The position numbers and the translations under genes were made by a program. DNA of 63,297 nt, the filler included, from an uncultured bacterium (GTDB lineage Bacteria; DYJV01): the NCBI GenBank assembly GCA_964543655.1. It is 6 parts of 6 records of this genome, joined end to end, with 100 filler letters (N's around TTAATTAATTAA, not from the genome) between each part and the next. Parts side by side here need not be neighbours in the genome. Positions count along the whole stretch, not along the records: positions 23,193 to 34,812 come from CAZIZE010000024.1; positions 34,913 to 56,550 come from CAZIZE010000027.1; 4 more parts are not named here. One strand, given 5' to 3'. Under the pieces are notes generated by a model that made no database searches, had not been told where the DNA came from, and saw nothing but the letters and a program-made list of their open reading frames with translations. The first letter of the stretch is position 1, and each line of letters starts with the position of its first letter. Below, piece after piece: positions 30,896 to 39,033 of the stretch.

Positions 30896-31590
30896 CCAGG
30901 AGATTATTAATAGATGAACTTTCTGATAGATTAATTATCAAAGATAAAAAAGTTAAAAACATTGAAATAGTTATTACTAAAAAATCTTTTGCAGGGATTA
31001 TTAATAAAGTTTTTTTTATTAATCAGACTCATTCAGATAAGGTAATTTTAATAGATAATGAAAAACAACTGCTCAAATTATTTGAAGGAGATGCAATAAT
31101 CTCATCAATAAATTGTAAAATAGGAATAAAAACAGCAGATTGCTTGCCGATTTTTATTTATTCAAACAAAGGGAATGTTTTTGCTGCTGTTCATTCAGGA
31201 TGGAGAGGCACAGCTCAAAGAATAATTGAAAAAACAATAAAATTTATGGAAAATAACTTGCAAATTCATAAAAAAGAATTAAATTTTATATTAGGAGTAT
31301 GTATTTGCAAAAACTGCTATGAAATTAAAAAAGATATGTTTAATAAATTTATTAAAATTTTTGGTGAAAAAGGGAGAAAATTTTTTTCTAAAAATATAGA
31401 TAGATTTGATTTAAAAGGTGCCAATATTCATATTTTGCTTGAAAATGGAATAGAAGCAGAGCAGATTTTTAACTTGCATAAATGTTCCTATTGTAATAAT
31501 GAATTTTTCTCTTACAGAAAAGGTGATTTAAAAAGTAGAACTTTTAATATTATTGGCACAAAAGAAAGGGGGAAGACGTGTTTGTTATAG
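30883..31590 (+). CDS. pgeF: Peptidoglycan editing factor PgeF (YfiH/DUF152)
   Basis: QTHS, TADCLPI, HSGWRG, FFSYR. Confidence 0.9.
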   Translation: MEPLARRLLIDELSDRLIIKDKKVKNIEIVITKKSFAGIINKVFFINQTHSDKVILIDNEKQLLKLFEGDAIISSINCKIGIKTADCLPIFIYSNKGNVFAAVHSGWRGTAQRIIEKTIKFMENNLQIHKKELNFILGVCICKNCYEIKKDMFNKFIKIFGEKGRKFFSKNIDRFDLKGANIHILLENGIEAEQIFNLHKCSYCNNEFFSYRKGDLKSRTFNIIGTKERGKTCLL

Positions 31591-31889
31591 GATACTTTTT
31601 AAACGCAGTTGCAACAATACTTGACTATGTGCTAACAATCTATATGTGGATAATAATTATTAGAGCTTTACTATCATGGGTTAACCCTGATCCATACAAT
31701 CCTATTGTCCAGACACTTTACAGAATAACTGATCCTGTGCTTTACAAAATTAGAAGAATGCTGCCAATAACATATTCATTTGGAATAGATTTCTCACCAG
31801 TAATAGTCATTTTGATTATCTATTTTTTACAGCTATTTCTGGTAACCACATTAAAAACAATGGCTTTTAAAATTCTATCAGGAGCTTAA
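31578..31889 (+). CDS. yggT: YggT family membrane protein
   Basis: LSWVNPDPYNPIV...ITDP...IDFSP. Confidence 0.92.
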   Translation: MFVIGYFLNAVATILDYVLTIYMWIIIIRALLSWVNPDPYNPIVQTLYRITDPVLYKIRRMLPITYSFGIDFSPVIVILIIYFLQLFLVTTLKTMAFKILSGA

Positions 31890-31899
31890 GGAGGAAATA

Positions 31900-33003
31900 A
31901 TGAAAAAATCAAGTAAAGGCAAAATTATTATTTTTCTATTATTTATTTTTGCAATAATAGGTTTTTTTGGTGGTGTTGAAGCACTTCACTATAGTAGTGA
32001 GCCTAAATTTTGTGCCTTGTGCCATCCAAAGCAGCAACCTGGGCCAAATGGTGAAGTTTTCACATGGAAGCAATCTATCCATGCAAAAGCAGATGTTGAA
32101 TGTCTCGATTGCCATGCAAAGCCAGGTGTAATAAATTACTTTATAAGAAAAGTAACTGCTGCCAAAGATTTATATACTCAGCTCACACATTCACCAAAAG
32201 AGTTAGATGAAATTTTATCTCACCCATCACCTCATGCAGCACCAGAGCAATCATGTTTGTTTTGTCACAGTGACAGCTTTAATAAGAAATGGAGAAGCAG
32301 TCACTTTATGACATTACCAACAAGTTTTCTAAAATTTAGAATGTTAGATTATGTTAAGAATCCTCAATTTAGAGAAAAATATTCTTTAAAAGATATTTTA
32401 ACATCTGATGAAGTTAATGGTTTTTCATTTTCACACAAAGAGCATATGGATAATTTCAATGATTTAAAGTGCACAACTTGCCATTTTGAGCAGGTAGGCC
32501 ATCCTGATTTCCGTAAAAACTACAAGTATATGATGAAAATGGTTTGTTTTAAATGCCATGAAGAAAACGATGGTCCAGACAATAAAGAATGCTCCACATG
32601 CCATGTTGTTCAGGATAGTATTAGAAATGGGCAGATTGATAATATGAAAGGTGATAAAGATGTTATGGCTGACCTTGACTGTACTGATTGCCATCAATCT
32701 TTTAAGAAAATGCCAGATAAACAAACTTGTATTGAATGCCACGATGGTGATGAAGAGTATGGTAAAACTTTAACTCAATGGAAAACTACTGTTAATAGCA
32801 GACTAAACACATTAAATCTTCTCTATTTAAAAGCAAGGGAAAAAGCATTAAAAAACAGAAATTTAATGCCTGATTTTAAAAAAGCAGAAAAGCTTTACAA
32901 TGCAGTGAGATTTGATGGTTCAAAAGGTGTTCACAATTTTGAATTTACCACATCTATTTTAGACAAAGTGGAAAAAGATTTTAAAGATATTCTAAATAAA
33001 TAA
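31900..33003 (+). CDS. Membrane-anchored octaheme cytochrome c with a NapC/NirT-type N-terminus
   Basis: N-terminal TM helix, SSEPKFCALCH...W..S.H..VECLDCH pattern; 8 CxxCH motifs; C-terminal DGSKGVHN. Confidence 0.85.
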   Translation: MKKSSKGKIIIFLLFIFAIIGFFGGVEALHYSSEPKFCALCHPKQQPGPNGEVFTWKQSIHAKADVECLDCHAKPGVINYFIRKVTAAKDLYTQLTHSPKELDEILSHPSPHAAPEQSCLFCHSDSFNKKWRSSHFMTLPTSFLKFRMLDYVKNPQFREKYSLKDILTSDEVNGFSFSHKEHMDNFNDLKCTTCHFEQVGHPDFRKNYKYMMKMVCFKCHEENDGPDNKECSTCHVVQDSIRNGQIDNMKGDKDVMADLDCTDCHQSFKKMPDKQTCIECHDGDEEYGKTLTQWKTTVNSRLNTLNLLYLKAREKALKNRNLMPDFKKAEKLYNAVRFDGSKGVHNFEFTTSILDKVEKDFKDILNK

Positions 33004-33051
33004 TTCATTTTCCACAAAATTTGTTATCAAATTGTTTTTCAACTATAATCT

Positions 33052-33077
33052 TATCCCCTCTTTTAAAAGAGGGGATA
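33052..33077. terminator. Palindromic hairpin, probable terminator after the cytochrome gene
   Basis: Perfect 26-bp palindrome TATCCCCTCTTTTAAAAGAGGGGATA. Confidence 0.7.
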
Positions 33078-33087
33078 TTTAATACAA

Positions 33088-33122
33088 GTTTACGGTTTAA
33101 CGTTTATTGTTCAACGTTGAAA
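33088..33122 (+). repeat. Degenerate 7-bp tandem array
   Basis: GTTTACG GTTTAAC GTTTATT GTTCAAC GTTGAAA. Confidence 0.55.
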
Positions 33123-33186
33123 GATATTTTAATAATAACCAATTAAAAACCGTGTGCAAAGATCATTATGAGGAAAGGGATTATTA

Positions 33187-34092
33187 ATTGAAATATTAAT
33201 TCTACATAATTCAGCATTAGGTGATTTTGTTACATTTATTCCATTTTTAAAATTAATTGAATACAATTATCAAAATTGTAAAATTACCATTTTAACCAAA
33301 CAAAAATATTTTCCATTATTGAAGAATTTTCAAAAAGTCACCTTACAGGATATAGATTACTTTCAATTACACAATCTTTTCTCTTCTAATGCTAATTTAA
33401 AAAATTACACTTTTTTTAAAAATTTTGAAAAAATAATTTCATTTGTTGGTACGAAAAATAAAATTTTTAAAAGCAACATCCAAAAATTAAATAAAAATTC
33501 TTTTTTTATCTTTCCTCACAATAGCAAAATAAGTAAATATCATCAATCTCTATATTTAATAAATAGCTTCCCTTTTAAAAAAAGGAAATTTATATACGCA
33601 GATATTAAATTAGAGAAAAGGGATAAAAAATTCTTTATTATTCACCCTGGTAGTGGTTCAAGAAACAAAAATGTCTCTATTGATTTTTTGCAAGACATAG
33701 AAAATAAGATAAAAAATAAGTTTAAAATTAAGTCATTGTGGATAGGTGGTGAAGCTGAAAAATATTTAAAAAATATAACAAAAATATCTATTTTAAACAC
33801 AACAGATGAGCTTTTATCAATAATATCATCTTCTATATTTTTTATTGGAAATGATTCTGGAGTAGCCCATCTTTCTGCTGCCTGCAATTTACTAACATTT
33901 ACATTTTTTGGGCCAACATCTCCAGCAATTTGGGCACCTATTGGTAGAAAAAGTGTGGTTTTTTACAAAAACCTTGCATGTTCTCCATGTAACAATTTTT
34001 GTGCTCAAAAAAAATGCCTTAAATTTAACACAAAAGATGTGCTCACTATAATGGAAAAATTAATAGAGCAGGAGATTTACTCCTGCTCTTAA
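33187..34092 (+). CDS. Glycosyltransferase family 9 (heptosyltransferase-like)
   Basis: The frame extends upstream of the track start to include ILILHNSALGD; IHPGSG, GNDSGVAHLSAA, FGPT, CSPC. The start appears to be non-canonical (ATT). Confidence 0.8.
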   Translation: MEILILHNSALGDFVTFIPFLKLIEYNYQNCKITILTKQKYFPLLKNFQKVTLQDIDYFQLHNLFSSNANLKNYTFFKNFEKIISFVGTKNKIFKSNIQKLNKNSFFIFPHNSKISKYHQSLYLINSFPFKKRKFIYADIKLEKRDKKFFIIHPGSGSRNKNVSIDFLQDIENKIKNKFKIKSLWIGGEAEKYLKNITKISILNTTDELLSIISSSIFFIGNDSGVAHLSAACNLLTFTFFGPTSPAIWAPIGRKSVVFYKNLACSPCNNFCAQKKCLKFNTKDVLTIMEKLIEQEIYSCS

Positions 34093-34107
34093 ATCTAAAA
34101 GTAGGTA

Positions 34108-34812
34108 TTAACCTAATAATTGTAGAGCAAGCTGTGGTATGGAGTTAGCCTGAGCAAGCATTGCAACACCTGATTGTGCAAGAATTTGATTCCTTACAAA
34201 GTTGGTCATTTCTGTTGCAACATCAACATCTGAAATCCTTGATTCTGATGCCTGTAAATTCTCTGCCTGAATTGTAAGGTTAGTAATTGTGTTTTCAAGC
34301 CTGTTCTGTAATGCACCAAGTGATGCTCTAATTTTGTCTTTAGATACAATAGCTTCGTCAAGAGCTGAAAGTGCACTCTGTGCAGCTGCCTGTGTACTAA
34401 TTGAATATCCTGCATTTTGAGCAGATGCATTTCCCACACCAAGAGCAGAAGCTGTAGCATTACCAATAGCAATGTAGTAGTAGTCTTCAGCACTGCTGTT
34501 GCCTGTTCCAAAGTGGATTTTCAATGGTCCAGTTGGAGTTAAGGTGGAGCCAATATGGTCTTTGCTCCAGTCAGCTGGATTGGTATAACTTGAAGATAGG
34601 GTACCATCAAGAAGTTTAATACCATTAAAATCTGTTGCATTAGCAATCCTTGTAATTTCTGATGCCATTGCCTGATATTCAGAATCAATCATAAGTCTCT
34701 GTGTGGAAGTATAGGTACCAGTTGCAGCCTGTTCAGCAAGCTCTTTCATTCTAATAAGCTTTTCATCAATAACAGAGAGAGCACCATCAGCAGTTTGAAT
34801 CATACTAATAGC
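34108..34812 (-). CDS. fliC: Flagellin, 5'-truncated by a gap
   Basis: MIQTADGAL...RMKELAEQAA, RASLGALQNRLE, SRISDVDVATEM, AMLAQAN. Confidence 0.95.
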   Translation of the reverse strand, partial: AISMIQTADGALSVIDEKLIRMKELAEQAATGTYTSTQRLMIDSEYQAMASEITRIANATDFNGIKLLDGTLSSSYTNPADWSKDHIGSTLTPTGPLKIHFGTGNSSAEDYYYIAIGNATASALGVGNASAQNAGYSISTQAAAQSALSALDEAIVSKDKIRASLGALQNRLENTITNLTIQAENLQASESRISDVDVATEMTNFVRNQILAQSGVAMLAQANSIPQLALQLLG

Positions 34813-34912
34813 NNNNNNNNNNNNNNNNNNNNNNNNNNNNNNNNNNNNNNNNNNNNTTAATTAATTAANNNNNNNNNNNNNNNNNNNNNNNNNNNNNNNN
34901 NNNNNNNNNNNN
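34813..34912. other. Artificial contig linker
   Basis: N-run with TTAATTAATTAA. Confidence 0.98.
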
Positions 34913-34970
34913 GAGAAATATTTCAGAATACAAATATGAAACTTCTATTTAAAAATTAAAGGAGATAGCC

Positions 34971-35234
34971 ATGGCAAATGAGAAAAAGTTACAATGTTAT
35001 GGTTTTGTTGATAAAGTTATTAAATTTTTTAAAAACACTGCTCTTGTTGTTTTAGCATACCTCACTTTAGCTTATGTAGGAGATTTTGGTGCTAACAAGC
35101 ATAGCCTCCATTTTAAAAAACCAATCACTTATACTCAAATCTTGGCTGATAAGGTAAGAGGTCTTTTTAGCAGTGAGCTCAAGGCAGTGGATGAGATATA
35201 TATTGGTGGAGTGGCTTCAACCTGTATTGTCTAA
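34971..35234 (+). CDS. Small hypothetical protein with one hydrophobic segment
   Basis: AAGGAG RBS before ATG, 87-aa ORF. Confidence 0.55.
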   Translation: MANEKKLQCYGFVDKVIKFFKNTALVVLAYLTLAYVGDFGANKHSLHFKKPITYTQILADKVRGLFSSELKAVDEIYIGGVASTCIV

Positions 35235-35306
35235 CTTCCACCTCTTAAATTGTAAGAATTAGCAACCCATACTTGACTTTTTATTGGATATAAAGTAAAG
35301 TTTGAT

Positions 35307-35827
35307 ATGCTTTTTCCAAGAAAACTTCTTAATTTTTGGAATTATTTATAAATACAGATGATGTAATAATTATTCATGGTGCAAGGCAGGTTGGGAAAAC
35401 CTGCTTGTTGAAATTAATTATTGAAAGATTCAAATTTACCAATTATGCTTATTTTGACCTTGAAGATTTAAGATTTCTTGAACTTTTTGAACAGGGTTGT
35501 GAAAAAGTAATTAATCATATTGAAAACAAATATGAAATTAACAAAAACAAAAAATTTTACATTTTAATTGATGAGATTCAATATCTTTCCAATCCATCCT
35601 GATTTTTAAAATTATTTCATGACCATTTTAAATAATTTAAATTAATTGTTTCAGGTTCACCAAGCTTTGATATTAAGAAAAAATTCTCAGATTCCCTTGT
35701 TGGAAGGACTGTTAATTTTGAACTTTTTCCACTTGATTTTGAAGAGTTTCTTATATTTAAAGGAGCCAATATTTCTTTAAGACAAAATATTACTGACAAG
35801 ATTATTATTGAGAATTTAAAAAATTAA
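35307..35827 (+). pseudogene. AAA_14/DUF4143-type ATP-binding protein pseudogene
   Basis: MLFPRKLL frameshifted from HGARQVGKT; LIDEIQY; in-frame TGA and TAA; then IVSGS...SLVGR...LFPLDFEEF; ends prematurely. Confidence 0.85.
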
Positions 35828-35944
35828 TGCATCAGTTCAAATTTGGAATTGTATTAAATACATGTTGAGAGAATCAGAAAATTATTGACATATATTCCGT
35901 TTTAGTATAAACTTTTTTGGAGTAAATATCAAAAAAAGTAAAAA

Positions 35945-36088
35945 ATGTATAAAAATAGAAAAATATTTCAAAAACTATATAACGAAAAAGATAAATCAAA
36001 AATTTCAATAATTATTGGTCCTCGCCAGGTTGGCAAATTAACTTGTTGTTGTTTGAACTGTAAACTTGTATTAGCACAACATCTTTAG
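35945..36088 (+). pseudogene. Second AAA_14-type ATPase N-terminal remnant
   Basis: MYKNRKIFQKL...IIIGPRQVGK, then family-like sequence is lost and a stop follows. Confidence 0.7.
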
Positions 36089-36229
36089 TGATATGCTAAA
36101 ATTTTTATTTGATAATAATAAGTTATGGATTTTTCAGTTGCTTCGCTCCTTCAGAATGTAAGTCCAAAAAATAAACTTTTAAAAAATTAATTTTTCTTCT
36201 TGACATTGTCATCCATATGAGAATGACCC

Positions 36230-36289
36230 AAATTAGGATTTAGTTGTTAAAGATTAGGAGCCTAATCCCTGAATCCCAAATCCTAATTT
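36230..36289. repeat. Imperfect palindrome built from short repeat units
   Basis: AAATTAGGATTT...AAATCCTAATTT perfect 12-bp ends, with inner GATTAGG-AG-CCTAATC. Confidence 0.65.
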
Positions 36290-36309
36290 AACTTTGAACT
36301 GATAATAAA

Positions 36310-36358
36310 CTATTTAAGGGCTTTAGCCTGAAAAAATTCTTAATTCAGGGCTGGTTTT
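36310..36358 (-). repeat. Dispersed intergenic repeat, copy C (more diverged)
   Basis: Reverse complement AAAACCAGCCCTGAATTAAGAATTTTTTCAGGCTAAAGCCCTTAAATAG aligns with copies A and B; just after the addA stop. Confidence 0.6.
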
Positions 36359-36366
36359 GTGTTGTT

Positions 36367-39033
36367 TTAAGATATTTTTAAAAGTTCCAATTTTTCAACA
36401 AAGTAAAGATATGCTTCAACTTCGCAATTTAAAAGCTCTTTTATAATTTTTTTATACTCTTTTACCTGAAAAATATAATTTGAAATATCATCAGCTTTTG
36501 ATAGTTTGTAATCAATTATAACTGCTTTTTCTTTCTGGATAATTAGAATATCAATTATTTTTAACTCTTCATATTTTACAGGATATTCCCTAAAAATTTT
36601 ACCATTTAGTAACTCTTTGTATTTACTGAATTTTGTGGCTTTTTGGAATAAATTCTCAATATATTCAATATCCACAAAATTTCCATATTTATTTGTAACA
36701 AAATCTCTGCTTTCAAACTCAAAGAAATGATGGATTGCAAGACCATTGTAAATTGCTTGAAAATCATCTGGCTTGTATACACTTTCTTTTTGAAAATTTT
36801 GTTTTCCAATATCTGGAATAAATATTTTTATTACTAAATTTTCAAGTGCTTCTTCTTTAATTGAAGGGATGATTGAACCTTTTATTTTATCAGAAATGTT
36901 TAAAATATCTTTAATATTTCCATTATCTTTCTGAATTACAATGAGGGAATCTTTTGGCCTTGTAAAAGCAACGTATAAAAGATTTTTTAAATCATCATTT
37001 TCAGCTTCTTCCTCCTTCTCAATAAGATTTTTAAAACTATTATCAAGCTTTTCTATTCCATTTAATCTAAATCTAATATTTGAGATTTCAATATTATTGT
37101 AGTCAAATATTAACTTTCCTCTCTGTTTTCTATCATCTCCTAATTTATCTACAACTATTACATTTTGAAAATCAAGCCCCTTTGATTTATGAATAGTCAT
37201 GATTCTAATCCCTTTTCCTGGGGTTAGAGCCGGGGTATCAATATTTTCAACATTTTCAATAAAATCATCAAAATCTTTAAACCTATGTGATATTTCAAGA
37301 AAAAGCCTTGTGTTATCATCAATAATTGAAAAACTTTCCATTAAATTGAGCACAGTTTCAAATACTGTTTTTTCTAAATTTATATTTTGTTTAATAAAAG
37401 GATTTTCACCAATTAAAGCAAGTGCCTCTGATAGGTAAAGATTCTCCTGAAAATATGCGTATTTAATAAAAGAAATAATTGCCCTAACTGTTCTCTGATT
37501 TATTAATTTTAATGAACTTTCTTGTACGGTTTTTATTTTTGGAATTTGATTAGAAAGAAATGTGTCTATGGCTTTAATGTCATTATTTGTAAAAGTTAAA
37601 ATTGTAATATTTTCATCTGACACGCCATTATTTTTTAATAATTTAATTTTTTCATATAAAGTGTTCAATATTTTTTCTTTTTTCTCATTACTTTTTAAAT
37701 TTTCTGTTTCAACTGTAACAACCTCAACGTATCCACCTTTCTGAACATCCATGTTGCCAGGTTTCTGCCTAACCTCTATAAAATCAAAGGTTTCATTTAC
37801 AAAATCTATAATATTTTCTCTGCTTCTAAAGTTTTTTTCTAAATAATCAACTTTTAAGCCAAATTTTTTATATTTGTCTTTTACAAAATCAAAAAGTTGC
37901 TTTTGCCCACCTCTGAACCTATAAATTGCCTGCTTTGTATCACCAACATAGAAAAAACTCCCTTCATTTTCAGAAGCTATTTCATCAATTAAAGGCTTTA
38001 AAATAAGAAATTGGGTAATTGATGTATCTTGAAATTCGTCAATTAATATATGCTTAATTTTAGAATCAAGTCTGAAATAGAAAAAATTTAAAAAATTATC
38101 CTGTTTTAATATTTCATAAACAAAATGCTCAACATCTTTAAAGTCAAGAGTATTTTCTGATTTTACATACCTTTCTCTTTTTTGTTTGTATATAGAGTAT
38201 AGAGTGAGTAATCTTGAGATATAATACTTTTCCTTTTGTAAAAAATAGGTTTTTAATATTTCTCTAAAATTTTGAAAATCATTATCCAATGATTCTGGTA
38301 TATTTTTCTTTTTAAACCAGCTGTGCTCACTGATTTTATGTAAATTTAAAAAAGAGCTATTAATAACCTGCTCAGGGGTCTTATTTTCAAAATAATTTTC
38401 ATAAAAATTTTTTCTATACTTTGATAATTCTGATAATTTTTCAAGAGCTTTGTAATAATTATTTGCATCTGGTTTAGGAAAAATTGTAAAATCAATGTTA
38501 AGCTCTTTATCCCTGTTGTAAAGTTCCTGCAAAATATTATAAAAGTAATCTAAACTTTTATTTTCAAATTCTAAAAATTGAGAAAATAAATCTTTAAAAT
38601 CATTATTTTCTATAATTGCGTCTGTTATTTCCTGTTTTAACAATTCAGAATCAAAAGATGTTATTTCATAATCGTATTCAACTCCAGCATACCAGCAAAA
38701 CTTTTTTAAAATTCTATTGAAAAAACTATCAATTGTTGAAATATGTATATCTGATTTTAAAAATTTTTTCTTAACATTATTAAAATTGTCTAAGATAAAA
38801 TTTTCTTCCAATCCAGACATTTCAGAAATTGGCCTAATTAATTCTAAAGGTTTACTTTCAAAAAAGCTTAAAACTCTTTCATACATCTCTCCTGCTGCTT
38901 TATTTGTAAATGTGAGAGCCATAATTTCAGCAGGATTCACATTGCTAAATAAAAGTGATATGTATCTTAATGTGAGATTGTATGTTTTTCCAGTGCCTGC
39001 ACTTGCTTTTAATGATAGTAATCTGTTTTTCAT
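36367..39033 (-). CDS. addA: AddA/RecB-like helicase-nuclease
   Basis: ASAGTGKT, LTFTNKAA, LIDEFQDTS, VGDTKQAIYRFRG, TIHKSKG, YVAFTR, C-terminal IIDYK. Confidence 0.9.
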   Translation of the reverse strand: MKNRLLSLKASAGTGKTYNLTLRYISLLFSNVNPAEIMALTFTNKAAGEMYERVLSFFESKPLELIRPISEMSGLEENFILDNFNNVKKKFLKSDIHISTIDSFFNRILKKFCWYAGVEYDYEITSFDSELLKQEITDAIIENNDFKDLFSQFLEFENKSLDYFYNILQELYNRDKELNIDFTIFPKPDANNYYKALEKLSELSKYRKNFYENYFENKTPEQVINSSFLNLHKISEHSWFKKKNIPESLDNDFQNFREILKTYFLQKEKYYISRLLTLYSIYKQKRERYVKSENTLDFKDVEHFVYEILKQDNFLNFFYFRLDSKIKHILIDEFQDTSITQFLILKPLIDEIASENEGSFFYVGDTKQAIYRFRGGQKQLFDFVKDKYKKFGLKVDYLEKNFRSRENIIDFVNETFDFIEVRQKPGNMDVQKGGYVEVVTVETENLKSNEKKEKILNTLYEKIKLLKNNGVSDENITILTFTNNDIKAIDTFLSNQIPKIKTVQESSLKLINQRTVRAIISFIKYAYFQENLYLSEALALIGENPFIKQNINLEKTVFETVLNLMESFSIIDDNTRLFLEISHRFKDFDDFIENVENIDTPALTPGKGIRIMTIHKSKGLDFQNVIVVDKLGDDRKQRGKLIFDYNNIEISNIRFRLNGIEKLDNSFKNLIEKEEEAENDDLKNLLYVAFTRPKDSLIVIQKDNGNIKDILNISDKIKGSIIPSIKEEALENLVIKIFIPDIGKQNFQKESVYKPDDFQAIYNGLAIHHFFEFESRDFVTNKYGNFVDIEYIENLFQKATKFSKYKELLNGKIFREYPVKYEELKIIDILIIQKEKAVIIDYKLSKADDISNYIFQVKEYKKIIKELLNCEVEAYLYFVEKLELLKIS

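Noticed and set aside
35600-35602. In-frame TGA in the AAA ATPase as possible selenocysteine
   Set aside because: An in-frame TAA follows shortly, there is an upstream frameshift, and no SECIS-like stem is seen; it is a pseudogene.
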